DNA from: Camelus ferus
Taxonomy: Eukaryota
Assembly: GCF_009834535.1 (NCBI RefSeq)
Contig: NC_045698.1
Coordinates: 68,510,001 to 68,574,000 of the forward strand
Direction: 5' to 3'
Length of the DNA: 64,000 bases
Part shown: piece by piece, positions 46,226 to 59,487 of the stretch
How the letters are laid out: each line of letters begins with the position of its first letter
How positions within the stretch are numbered: the first letter of the stretch is position 1
Position numbers and translations under genes: made by a program
Notes under the pieces: generated by a model
The model's database searches: none
Told to the model about the DNA's origin: nothing
What the model saw: only the letters and a program-made list of their open reading frames with translations

Positions 46226-49200
46226 CTGTAATGGAGGTTTGGTTGATTTGCAATGGTCTAAAACTATTTTTAATATGTGGCTCTATGGACTAAAGAAATT
46301 GGAACTGCAGTGCAATGCTAAGTGAGGATCTTGCAGTTTTTATACGTCACACACTCTGGCCAGTTTCCCTGTCACTGTCTCTTGTCCATATTCAAGAGGG
46401 GATTACACATTTCATTGTGGGAAAACAACATTCCTTTTCAAACAGAAGTTCTACATAAGTTTCAATTTCTAGTTGATTCATCAAAACAAAGCTGGTTCAG
46501 AAAGGGGAAAAATTATAAATTGCTTACATTTGTTCAACCTAAAACATTATTCACAATCTGCCAGTGATGATGGCTAAACCATCTGGGGAATACGACAGGT
46601 AGTTGGGGGAAAAAAAAACTGTCACAGTGCAATGAAGAAATAACGTGTGTGGAAGTCTCAAGGTTACCTCATAGTTCAGTGATGGCTTTCAGGTATTTTG
46701 GAATAGACAAGTTCTGAATTTATATACACACAAACCAGAAGCACTTTTATACAGTCAGCACGGACATACTTGTTAAATAAAAATGAATGAATTACTGGAA
46801 GCAAGAGTTTTCTGAGACAAACAAGTGAAACAAATTACTACAGGTTATGATTAGGATTCTAATAATCATATGAATCTCTATGTAAGCATACTATTAACTA
46901 TAGCAATATAAAGGTGTATGTTGCATATTATATTTACATACACAATTACATATAATATACCAATATATAAAAATACACATGTAAACAAACATATATATGT
47001 GTGTCACTAGTTTGCTATGCAAATATATATACACACAAATATCTCATAGGTATATCAAGTATCAGTACAGAGGTGACAATATTGCCTTCAACTCAAAACA
47101 TTTTAGAATAGCAAGACTTTTTTTACCTGTGTGTTAGTTGAATCAAATCTGTCTCTCATTTCCTTTTTGCTATTAGAACGAAGTTTGTTGGCTGACAGTG
47201 CAGATCTGTATAATTCCTAATAAAACTCTGCCTACGATGAAGCATTTTTGTTATGAGATTTATTTTAGCCAATTTTATCAAGAATGTACCAAATTTGGTA
47301 CTTGACCTATTTCCTACTTTTCAGAAACTTTAAAAATGAAATTAAAATAAATTTGCCCTAAAATTGATTTACTATTGATTTAAAATTAATTTTCTATTAA
47401 GAAACTGCCTATATAATCACTAATGTTATTCGCTAACTTCTCTTGACATTAATGCACAAGTTAGAAGCTTTCAAACTCTATTACAAATTTTGGTTTTAGT
47501 GCTACTAATTGATTAAATGTTGACTAGAATAAGTTCAGTATCAAGGAATAAATATGAAATAATTCTTTTTAATCTGGCTTGCGGAACCTTCTCTCCTTCA
47601 AACATTTCTTTAAACTACCTTGGGGGATCTATGCCAATTCCGTCTTCACTGAAGAAAGAGGAGAACAGCAGTGCATATTTTAAATCCATATGGCTTCCAA
47701 ATACTCCCTTCCCCTTTCAAACATAGGCCAAGAGAAATACTGAATAAGTCTGCCTCCAGAAAATGCTCAGCAATCGAAGATGAGAAGAGGTATCAGGGTC
47801 ACTTCCACTCATCTGCGTATTTAGTTAGACCCTCCTGTTGAAACAAATCACATTCAAATGTGACTGGAGCTGTGCATTTGTATTCATTCTACCGTGGAAA
47901 CAGTCTGGATGCTTTTCTCCGGAGACTTAACGTATCTCAGTGACAGCTGCATTGCCACAATGTGCTGAAGTGGCTCATCTCGACAGGTCATATCCTGGAT
48001 TGCTCATTCTGAGTGGCAGCTGGGATACCAGAGGGTTTTCTCACAGTGGGTAGGCCCTGTATTTAATCAGGCCCTCCCTGGTTTCCGAGACAAGCTGCAC
48101 GTGTGGCTACAGGCCATTCTAAGAAGTTCAAGATGTACCTTTGTCACTCCCTAAATAGCAGTGACATTCATGGCAGCAATCTCTGCAGCTCTGCAACAGC
48201 AGTGCTAAGTGCCTTTTATGATCACAGATTTCCTGTGTCCCATTGTAGCACTCTCTCCCGATCCCACAGGCAGCGTCAGCACCATGGACACTGCTGGTAA
48301 ACACTGGTTAAGTGACTCAGGATTCAAACTGAAATCTACATCTACACCTATTTGTCGGTGTCTGTACAGATGTACGTCTATACAGATGTATAAACCAATA
48401 TAAGCAATAAAACATCTTAATTTAGTGCTGGAACATCTCACCAACCAGAGCAAAACTGTGATTGTAACAACAAAACATCAGTCTGTCTATTCCCATTCAC
48501 TGGAAAGTCAGTTCCTGTCCTTCCTTCCTTCTGGGGGTGAGTTTTCATTCCTTGAGTTCATTACCGACTGCCCTGTATAAACCAGCCATGGTACAAAATC
48601 CTAATGAGGGGATCTAATATGTGGTGACGTAAGGAGCCCTTCCCTCTGCTTTTCTGAGTCCCCCTCTTCACACCAGGTGAGCAGCTTTTCGGGGCATTCG
48701 CCCAGAGCTGCAGAGAGAGCAACTCTGTTAATCCTCTTCCAAACTCGGAACTCCACTTTTCACTCCCTGAAATCTCAGAAAGCAATACCTTTTTGAAAAC
48801 CTTTGAAAGTGGCTTATAATGGAGTCAAATATTTTTGTATTAGAAGGGAACATCGGTTGAATTTACAGTTTTTAAGCCCATCTTTGTTAAAAGACTCCTC
48901 TCAGGCCAAAAGCCTGGATGGTATCCTAGATTTTCTCACTTGTGAGACTCGAGAGGCATGTTTCATGATTAAACCTGCAGTTTGCCTGGGGACAATCTGG
49001 GTAGAAAGCTCTAGCATTCCAGCAGAGGAGGACCAGCGGTTTGCATGGGGTGAGGAAGGTCCTCAGTCCACAGGTGTCCATCAATTCAAGTCAAGAGGTA
49101 AAGGCTGTCAGTCGATACCACTCCCTAACTGAGCAAGGGATAAGAGCTGCCCAGTACTCTCTCTCTCTCCCCTTCAAAGCAATTATCTTAAGGCTTGACA

Positions 49201-49829
49201 CCCTCTCCTTTGTCTTTTTTCTCTCCTGGATTAGAAATTAAACCTGAATTTTTTCCCAAACAAAAGTACATATATCCTTTTTGATCCATTTTCCTTAATT
49301 CCTCCCAGCTATTGACCAAATGCTTTGATAAAGCTTTTCATTTCCTTGCAGTTTTTCTTTGCCTTAATTCTATTCTAGAGTAATAAAGAAAAGGTTGAAA
49401 AACAAAGGATATTGACAGTGATAAACCTACAACAGAGAAAGGAAAGTCATAAGTTAAACAGAAAATAGACATAATAAATTATTCGTGTCCTTAACCTTTA
49501 AAATCTTGAACATACCCTTTAGCAACATAGTCTCTACTAAGTAAAATTGATTTTTCTAAAGTACAATTAAACAAGGTAAAGAGATATAAAATCTTATGTA
49601 TTTATTATTTATGTTGTACTAGTAATAGTTCAATAGCAATGTTTTTGCAATCTTCGGCCATGAATGTGCAACATGAAAGATAAGGGGCCTTTGCGGTCCA
49701 GTCTAAGAGTTTAGCTCTTTATAAAGATTTGAAAAACATCGTACAAGAAGACCTGCTCCAAGGGACAAACGAGTGGAAGGCAGGAGAGCTAGACGTATCA
49801 CTGTGAGTAGTTATGGTCACAATGCGGCC

Positions 49830-50030
49830 AGACTGAAGAGGCTCAAGGCCCAGCGCTACCACTTACTGTGCGAGCTTGTACAAGATATTTAACTTTGCTG
49901 TGTGCTGTGTCTCACTCCATCTCAAACAAACAGGGGTAATATCCACCTGATGGATTTGTTATAGAGACTAAATAATTTAAGATTTGTAAAGGAGTGTAAC
50001 AATGCCTGGCACATAGTACTACACTACTTA
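49830..50030 (+). mobile_element. MIR SINE
   Basis: ccacttactgtgcgagcttgtacaag...aatgcctggcacatagta. Confidence 0.65.
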
Positions 50031-51907
50031 CTGCTGAATACAACACCCAATAAGAAAGCAACTTTTTAAAGCTCGATTCATTTCTAAGTTAGAAACTGTG
50101 AATATGCAGCTAATATCCATATAAAACAAACATTTTATACTTGTGAATTCAGGAAACCCTTTCAAAACCTCAATAGATCTATTTTATGTCTTGTAATATC
50201 TTTGGGTGATAATGTATTATAATAATGCTTGTGACTTTAGGCAAGCAGTCAAGAACGGTTCAAAAATATGGCAAATCATTGTAATGTTATTTTGACAAAG
50301 ATATCCTTTAGAATGGTGGTGTTATATTTGTGTGTGTGTGTGCATATGTGTACAGATATGCAGAAAGCATACAGGTGCAAATACAACTAAAATCACTTTT
50401 TAAAAGATACAAATGATTTCTAAACAGGATTAAATACATAGTCATATATATTTATATAACGATATCTGCATGACTTAAAATCTAAATCTTATTTTTTATT
50501 ACATTTACTTAGTCTGTAACTATAAGTACAGTGTTTTAATAACAAATAGCTAAAATACGGTATGACCAACACATTAGTTCATAAAATTTAGACCCATAGC
50601 TTCTCCAAATAAATCCAACTGTGAATTCATATAGGACTTGATTTGAGCGTCCACTGACAACTTTCTGTAACATTAGGAGTTGAAAACGAAGTTGCTAGTT
50701 TTACCAGTGGATCATTAGTTATATTACACGATTATCTACATACATTCCTTTTGGAAAGATTTCTCTCTTTTATTCACGTGTGCTCCTGTCCTTCCTCAAC
50801 CACTTAGTTTTGAGGGGCTATTATCTGCCAGGCACTCTGCGGGGGAACAAGTGCAGGACAGGACAGACACGGTTTACCAACCTGGGGAAACTGACAATCT
50901 CCATCCTATTACTGAGCACCAAGCGAGCTGCTCATAAGCCAAGCAAGGAAATGTACGGAGTGCCTTGGAGGTGCCAGACCAGGGAACGCTCCAAAACATG
51001 ACCATAAAACTATGAGGAGTATATCTTATGAAATGAAACATTTCCCAATTCTCCAACTTCCTGTCTGGATTCTTGAACAAGTTTCTTACTATTTCCAAGC
51101 CTCAACTGCTCTCATCTAAAAAGAGACTTATAAAACCCACTGATGATGAGGATTAAATGAGGAAATAAATGTTCAACAGAGTTACTCTTACTGCCATGTC
51201 CTTCCTCCCGCGCAGACACACAACTCTTCTCCAGCATATTTCCCCCTCATTCTGCCTCATCGCCCTCATCTTCCCTTCATTCTCCACCACTTCTGCTCCA
51301 CCCCTTGACCTTCCATTGGAGTTGGAGTCTAGTTCTTAGCTAGATGGAGTGCTCCTAGATGGGCCAGATCTGATCATCTCTGAGGGGACAAACCAAAAAT
51401 CATTTTATGTTTAAAATTCTCATCTGACTCTCGATCTAACTTTTCTACGTTTTTTTTTGCAGGGGAGAACAGGTGGGTGACATACGAATCTATATACGCA
51501 AATGGAAAGTATTTGAATACAGCCTCAGAACCTAGAAGCTAATTTTGTTTAAACCATTGATTCTTGAAAAGGCTTAGAATGTATTTAGGAGTTCTAAACA
51601 GAAACTAGTTTTGTTTAAAATCAACACTATATTGATCTAAGTAGATACCGACTATCAATAACAGAGACTTCACATCTAGATAGTTAAATGTGTCATTCAC
51701 ACTTAAAGCAAGAGCTCTGATACAAATCAGTCCATGATTTAGGTTTTTTAATTAAATTAATTTTTTTTTTTTTAGTTATCTCTACATGGACTAGTTTTTC
51801 CTTTCGGGGCTTTGTAGGCACACCACAGTTTTTGCGATTAGACCTGAAATGTGCTATTGCGTAACTGGGACATATGCCTGGGGGAAGCCTTCCCAATTCT
51901 TAAAAAA

Positions 51908-51975
51908 TATTGAGGATATTTCTGTATCACAGATGTTTCATTATTGAAGATATTTCAGTATCACAGATGTTTCAT
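51908..51975. repeat. 34-bp tandem duplication
   Basis: tattgaggatatttctgtatcacagatgtttcat / tattgaagatatttcagtatcacagatgtttcat (2 mismatches). Confidence 0.95.
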
Positions 51976-52099
51976 TTTTCAAACACACCTTGGACCAGAG
52001 CAACTACGATAATAAGAAGAAAGATTTGCTATTCCCATCGATGAAGTGAAGGAAATTGTTCTTATTTTCAAAGTGTGAATCTTCTTTCAATTAATGTAG

Positions 52100-52950
52100 G
52101 CTAGTGCACTGAAATGCATCATACACTCTAAAAATTCAATATACCCTTAGCTAACTTCCATCTTTCTGTTTCCCTCTCTTCTTGCTTTTATTGGCCTACA
52201 ATAGGCCATCATTAATATGCACACAACTTAGCAAATCAGCCTTCAAAACATTCCTATAGGCTCCAGTTACCCAATACAAGACTAACTTTTTGAAAGTACA
52301 GCTCTGATCTTACACTTTTTGCTCACAAACCTCTCCTGATTCTCCACTTTCAAAAGAACAAAGTTCCTGGTTACACCATTCAAAGCTTTCTAGAATCTCA
52401 CACTAGTCAAACTTTTTAGTAAAATGTTGCACTGTCTCATTCAATTATTTTCTCATTTCTCTTACTCAGTTATTTCTATTCTAATGACTTTGTTCATCTT
52501 CTCTATGTGTCAAGCAAGTTCCTTTTACCCTGCTGATCTACCATCTTCGATTAGGGAAATCCAATATACATTTCAAGACCCAAAATGCCTCTTTTTGATG
52601 AAATAGCTCATGATTTACACTGATTAAAGTAACTCTTCTTTATTGCACACTGTTCTATTCATTCATTCATTCATTCATTCATTCAGTCCTTAATTAATCA
52701 GGTGCCAGATACCATTTAATGTATTCAAAGGTGAATAAGGCAAATTCTCTGATATCACATCACACAGTCATCTGTTTGGTTGTATTTGGTGTTTAGTTTT
52801 ATACACTGCTTTGGTTAACACTCACCTTGCGGGCAAAACTGAGAACCCCTGGAGGGCAGAGATTAAACTAATTGATCTTTCTGTTCCTGGGTCCTGCCAG
52901 GGAACTTTTGCATGTAGAGGAAGACAGTATATCTTTGTTGAAGTGAATTC
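52100..52950. mobile_element. Cluster of L2 fragments in both orientations, including a (TTCA)n tail at about 52657-52684
   Basis: L2 body 52100-52650 (+), reverse L2 tail from 52657, forward L2 tail about 52840-52950. Confidence 0.65.
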
Positions 52951-53149
52951 CTGGTCTTTTCTGGACTTCTGATTCATGATAAAAGACACACAGGGTTTTT
53001 GGTGATTCATACCATTTCAGCTATTGTGAGTTGGTCTCTAAAATAACTTTATTGGTTTTAATGGGCTCCAAAATGAATGACCTAGCATAATAAGTTAGAA
53101 TTTTACTTTAAAGCATTGCCAGTGTAAAAGGCACTAAAGAGCACTGATT

Positions 53150-53340
53150 ATGGACTCAAGCTGCTTGGCTTGGACTCTGGCTTTACCTTTTACTAGTTGT
53201 GTAAGCTTGGGCAAGTTACTTAACTAGTTCCTTCCTCAGTTTCCTCATGTGAAAAATGAAAGTAATAAAAGAAGCAGCTCACCCGGTTGTTTATGTAGTG
53301 TGAAAATCACTTGTAACACTGATTGCCACATAGTGTTACA
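53150..53340 (+). mobile_element. MIR SINE
   Basis: gtgtaagcttgggcaagttacttaac...cctcagtttcctcatgtgaaaaatg. Confidence 0.7.
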
Positions 53341-53359
53341 TGAGTGTTGTAATATTATA

Positions 53360-53690
53360 CAATGAAATGACTGCAAAAAGGCTTTTGTCTTTACAGATGT
53401 CATTTTCTCTGCCTGGAACACTTCTTCACCATTCCTTGCATTAACTAACACGCCAATCTTTCCAGTAGGCCTTTTTCTTTTAATTAAGCCCCCATTCTCA
53501 CTTCTTCTAGAAGTGACTCTCACACAGCATCCTACCGTCCTGTAATTTCCTGGTTACCAAGATCATCCAATATAATCATTCAAGAAAGTGAGAACTGTGT
53601 CTATTTAATCCAAGTTTGCACCCTAGACCTAGTGAAGTACCTGGCACATAGCATATGTTCAACAAAAGTTGAATAAATAGATGAAATTAC
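53360..53690 (+). mobile_element. L2 3' end
   Basis: ...ctagtgaagtacctggcacatagcatatgttcaacaaaagttgaataaat. Confidence 0.7.
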
Positions 53691-54434
53691 TGAAAGAAAC
53701 TGAAGTTTAGGAAATCATCTTAATCAAGTGAATATTAGTAAAAGATATTAGTATAAAATGCAATCTAAATATATCAACATATATAAAATGTATATGTGCA
53801 TATAATATTGAGGTCTATTTTTAATAGAATTTAAAAAGTTGAAAAAGGAAAGTAATAAAAGGAAATAAAACGTGAAATCCTATAGCAACAAAAGGAGCAA
53901 CTGTTAACTTGTAGGGCACAGAAAGAGTAGAACAGCGTAGGATTTAGCATTTCTTAAAACTTTACTTGGATATTAAACACAGTAACCCCTTGGTTGTCTA
54001 TCTCACATAAAAAAGAAATGTCCTTACTTGTGACAAAGCCTGTAATGTGGTATCTAATGCGAACATTGAAACATTTGCTAGAAGGAATTACAATGTGACT
54101 TATTTTAATTTGAGGGTTTTGAATTTCTGGATGTTTAAAAGCTTTTTTCTCATTCTCAAGCTGTCACTCTTGATGAAACTGACCTACCCTTCTTGAATTA
54201 ATTTTTCAAAGCCATAAAACAAAGGAAAAATGGGACGAAGTCTTCCAGTTTATACTCTTACATCTGTAGCCACAGCACTCCCGCATCCCCGAAAGTGCTA
54301 CTAATGATATTAATTTGGTCTCTGCAATTTGTACACAAAGTTCTCATCACAAATTCTAAACACACACACAGGTTCAGGTCTGTTAGCAAGTGGTCATTTC
54401 ATTCACTATACAAAGTGACATTTCTCTTTTAGAT

Positions 54435-55195
54435 TATATGGTATAATAAGAAACATATTTGATCTTTGCCCCCAGTTCCTGGCACAGAGTTCCTAACACT
54501 TAGAATTTCCTGAGTGATAGGAGTATCTTTTGTGCTTTGTAAAGGCTCATTTTAAATTACACCTAAGTTCATACTAACAAGATGACTTAGGGTGGGGTCC
54601 CTAGATTCCTCAGGACTAGGGCTGGTGATTAGAAAGACCAACTGATTTTTTAGGGTGAGAAATTTCAGCCCCACCTAGACGGCCAGAAAGGAGCGGTGAG
54701 ATGGAGATTTGGAGACTGGGACGCAAAAAGCTTCTGAACAAGGCAATTCAGAGAGCTCCCTGGCTGGTATACCCTCCAAGGTGCTGAAAGCTCCCACTCA
54801 CCCCAGTTTTCCCACTCTCTGCTCCAAACCTTGCCATACGTGTCTCTTCCATTTGGCAGTTCCTGAGTTATATCCCTTATAATAAATCAGTAATAAGTAA
54901 AGTACTCTCCTGAGTTACTTAAGTTGTTCTAGCAAATTATCAAACCCAAGGAAGGGGTTGTGAGAACCCTTGATTTATAGCTGGTCTGTCAGAAATACAC
55001 ATAGCCAGGGACTTAGAATTAGTGTCTGTAATAGGGGCAGGCACATGGAACTGAGTCCTTCAACTTCAGGGATCTGATGCTAACTCCAGGTAGATTTTGT
55101 CGAAATTAAATCAAATTGTTGAACATACAACTGGTGTCCAGAAAATTAAAAGAATTTGTTGTTAGTATCAGAAAACACTCCAGAAATTATCATGT
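54435..55195 (+). mobile_element. MER21-like LTR
   Basis: ccccagttcctggcacagag...gggctggtgattagaaagacc...tgatgctaactccaggtagat are hallmark MER21 segments. Confidence 0.8.
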
Positions 55196-56059
55196 GAGGA
55201 GTCAGTCAACTGTTTATGGAATTACTGGCTATTCTGACAGCCAAGCAGGGTTCTCTATTTTGAAAGACGTTGCCATTTTCCCCAGACATAACTGAATTAC
55301 GTGTGTGAAGAAATAGGCGCATACATGGGAAAAGCAATAATTTTTCAAAAAATTATTTTTTTCCAGTCACAATAAATGCGGCCACCTGAAATTGGAATGT
55401 GTATGATGTTATAGAAGGCAAACATTGGACAATGGCTTCATGCAGATTTGAAATTATTGGTAGCTGGAATAGGTTTCACATTCATTCTCACCAAAGCTTC
55501 ATCAGAAGTGGTATTTCTCACTTATGTGAAATGTTTAAGATGAAGTTTAAAATGGAAAAAGATATTATGGATGCTGTGGTTGCCAATTAATATGTCAGAA
55601 ATTCCACAGTAAAAGACAATAGAGATTTACCAACAACTAATGCAGATCTGTTTCATCTGCCAAGTTTAGAATAGATGTATTTCCCCTTTTAGGGATTCAG
55701 TAGACATATTCATCCATTATTAATATTCACCAGAATGGAAAGATAAACATCAGCTGAATTCAAACCAAATTGAGGGAGATATAAAAGTGGAGAGGAAGAC
55801 AAACTCAGACATCTGGAGTAGAGTACATTCTGATATCAGGGTAAGGCATAAGATGTAATTACTGGGTCTCCTATTGGTTTTTCTAGCCAAAGTTTTTATT
55901 TATTTCAATATATTAGAAGCAACTGCTATTAATTAAATAAACCAGCAGAAAGAAGGGGAAGTTGCCAAAAGAGAGGGGACTATCTGAAGAGAGAAATAAG
56001 CTTTTCTTCATCACCCAAAGGGTAATTTACTGAATCTGTTTTTCAGTGATGCATTAATT

Positions 56060-56290
56060 AGAGCTAAGCTTTGTTTAGCACTTAAAATGTGTCAGGCACT
56101 GATCTATATACTCTACATATAACTCAAAAGATCCTCTCAGCAGCCCTACGAAGTAGATACTTTAATAACCCCATTTTACAGATCAAACACCTGAAGCATG
56201 ATAAGAGTAAAGAACTGGCCCAAAGTCAGAGTTGGTAAACTGTGGAAATGGGAAATAATAAGCAATCCACCTCTAGAGCCTGTGCCTTAA
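56060..56290 (-). mobile_element. MIR SINE
   Basis: taaccccattttacagat...aactggcccaaagtcaga. Confidence 0.7.
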
Positions 56291-57011
56291 AAATTACGTT
56301 GAGCTGAATCTCAGTAATGCTATTAATTTGGCCATGCAATTTTTCGTTGGCATTGCAGCAATTAAATTTCAAATTAAAAAACTTAAATTACTAAAAAATA
56401 AAATGTGACCAAGGGTCCAATATTCCATGTTATAACTTTCTTGGGTATTATTCTGAGATTAGTTATTGGGCATGTTGCATTAACTGATAAAAAATGCAGA
56501 GAAGCAGAAACCCTTCTAAAATCTACTGTAGATAAAAAAAGGTTAATGTGTTTTTCTGTTAAATATATGGTATTGCTTATTAAGAGCAACCTGAATTAAA
56601 CAACTTTGACTTCTATGGCAAACGTTAAATCCCATATTGACTTCTTAACTTGCCAAATAAAAGTTACCATTCTGTCTCTCTGAAGGGGACAAATAATTTG
56701 AGGAATAAAAAATAATTTAAGCAATCAACTTGAACTATGCATAATTAGAAAACAAATTTCTAGAAAAGCACTTTGTCATCTCTGGATTCTATTTCTACTT
56801 AGATTTGGTAGAAAAAACATTGATACTTGGAAAAGAATAAAATCCATCAGAGAAAATCGCTACGGTTCTGTGCTGACATTCAAATGGAATACTCTGGAGA
56901 CTGGTTTTCCAACTTCTAGGTAAAAACAGTCCCATGTCAGTTATTACCACTACTGAGTTTACTCACAGGAGCTCTAATGGAAATTTAGGGAATTTTCTCA
57001 TTAGTGCTATG

Positions 57012-57025
57012 ACACACACACACAC

Positions 57026-57060
<35 letters not shown>
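57012..57060. repeat. (CA)n microsatellite with one interruption
   Basis: Direct reading. Confidence 0.97.
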
Positions 57061-57063
<3 letters not shown>

Positions 57064-57559
57064 ATACCTGAGAGAAATAACAGACCATTTAGATTATTAT
57101 TCTACTTTCACTTGTAAAATCTGAGTCATCATAAGTGTCAGAGTTACTTCGGGGAGTCAGTGTTGAATTGGTTTACAAGGAAAGAGAGAACAAAAGACTG
57201 GACAGTTATATGATAGCTAGCTAGATATAGACTTCGGCACCTTTTTCATATTTTCTTTAAATTTGGGGAAAACAGATAAAACAAAATCATAAGCCCATTT
57301 ATACCTTAATCTTATGTCCCCATTTCTATAACCAAATTCGGTCTCAAGGGTAATTCTCACAGGCAATTTTACTTTCCTCTTATGTCCTATTTTTTTCTTT
57401 CTCTTTTTTTTTTTCTTTCATATATCACTCACCCCAAACTCAAAGTCCTAACCTTCTTCACACCATTGGGCAAAAGAGATGATTTCCTTTATGTGACAGG
57501 TGAAGAACTATAAATAACAGAAGACAGAGTTCAATAACTGTGCCAAGTGATTTTCCCAG

Positions 57560-57562
57560 CAC

Positions 57563-57607
<45 letters not shown>
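57560..57607. repeat. (CA)n microsatellite
   Basis: Direct reading. Confidence 0.97.
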
Positions 57608-57610
<3 letters not shown>

Positions 57611-59277
57611 CTTTCATTTTGCCAGCCTTGTCACAGACAAAATAAAATAAATGGTGTTCACACGTCCTGTGCGCAGCACAACCTTTTACTGGGATTTAAA
57701 TGCTCATCTCCAAGTCATTTCTTTTTTGCTTTTCCCAAATCAAATGCTATATTTGCATGTTTTTTATTGCTTCTCTCACCCAGATAAGACAATTAATGGA
57801 AACAAATGGCACAGATTTGCTGCCTGTAACACGTACTGGTTCTGTGGCACTGGGCAAGCCTCTTCTTGCACCAGGGAAGAAATACTGTAGATGCAATGGT
57901 TACAGTGGAACGACATTCGACCATGGGAATGAATTAAGAGGTTTTACATGAAACATCCACTGTGCTATTTTGCCAGTACAGCTCTATAAAATCAGTTTCC
58001 TTGAAAAAAAAATCATCCTCTTCAATTACAAGATTAAAACTGCTCAAAAAAAAAGAGTAATGATCAGCTACATATGATTTCAGGTATTGCTGCAGAAGAT
58101 TTGGTTCTAATTATTTCTGCTGACATGCTTTTATTATGGAATGAGAAAGAAACAATATTCCAGTTTCTTAACCTATAACTTCTCTGAAATAGATAACTGA
58201 GAGTTATATTAAAACACAGATTAAATATTTTCCCTTTAAATCTGAACTGTTCCTTTGCATACATATTTTTTTCTATTTAGAAACAAATCTTAATCTGTAT
58301 TAAAAATTAGTTCAATAGAATACTGCATTAGAGTTCTGGAATATCTAATACCTAACACAGAATTGGATGCACATTAACATGCACATATATACAGATGTAC
58401 AAATATATACATTTGTTACAGGATTTTAATCATGTATTATCAAATATCAAAACTCATTTCTGTTTTCTTTATAACGTTTTTACCAGAATTATTTTCCCTT
58501 CCTATATTTTTAGTTATGACTAAATGAAATGACAATATAATTTTACTTCCTCAGATAGGTTACTATCCTTTTTACTAGTATCATCTTGGTTTTTAGGTTA
58601 CATAGTCAAGAAATCAAAATTTTCCCATTATGGAAATAAATACATTTCTTACCTATGAGAATCAATGTCAAAGCTATCAAGTTTATAGAATAAAATGGAA
58701 AATTTTAACTTCTGTCAAAATGCTTTCAAGCATTTATAGTAGAGAAATTAAAGTTTTGTCATATCACAACTATCATTAATAAGATTAGTTGTTCTTACAT
58801 TTTAGAAAAAAAGAACAATATGTAGATAAATAATAATAAGTTTAAATATTCATTTCTGACAAACATCATAAAATCGAAGGCCATTTGAAAGCATTTAGCC
58901 AGGCCAAGTTCAAAAGCAGAGTATAGAATTCAAGTACTTTTTCTTTAGTCAATAATATTGAGAGATTCCACTTTAAGGATTATTATATAAATTATTCATT
59001 ATGCATGTTTATATTTGATTAGAATAATAAAACCAAAGAGATGGATTATATAAAAGCTATTGATTATGCTTTTATATATACATCAGTGTTGTCAGTGTAT
59101 GTGTGTTAGCTGATCTAAACCACGCTAACAAATACAATAGAAAGAAAACATTCTGACAAGTGAGATAGCATTTCTGAGTTGCCAGTGTGATAGAAAGGAT
59201 TTCACTTAATAAGCTTGTGTTTTAATGGCCTGAATTTCTCTGCAGAACACACAAGAATCTCCCTGAATCATACATCT

Positions 59278-59487
59278 ATCTCGGTGGGCTGGAGCTGGCT
59301 CTTAATGATTTACCAGAGCCATTGTTAAATTTTCTTGAATTTTTAAAGCTGGCTGACGTCTCATAAGCAGCTTGAAATTGGACATAGTGGGAGTGTTTAT
59401 ACTATGGAAATCACCAAGTGCTATAATCCAGGTTTGTGTGTTTTCCCAGGGAGCTGATTATTAAACATTTATTAGCACATATTGCCT
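59278..59487. mobile_element. MER63-like hAT MITE (opposite orientation to the 38.5 kb copy)
   Basis: gggctggagctggctc...agcttgaaattggacatagtgggagtg...taaacatttattagcaca. Confidence 0.7.

Noticed and set aside
38545-59487. Two MER63-like copies in inverted orientation within the intron
   Set aside because: Old, diverged and 20 kb apart; stable pairing is unlikely.
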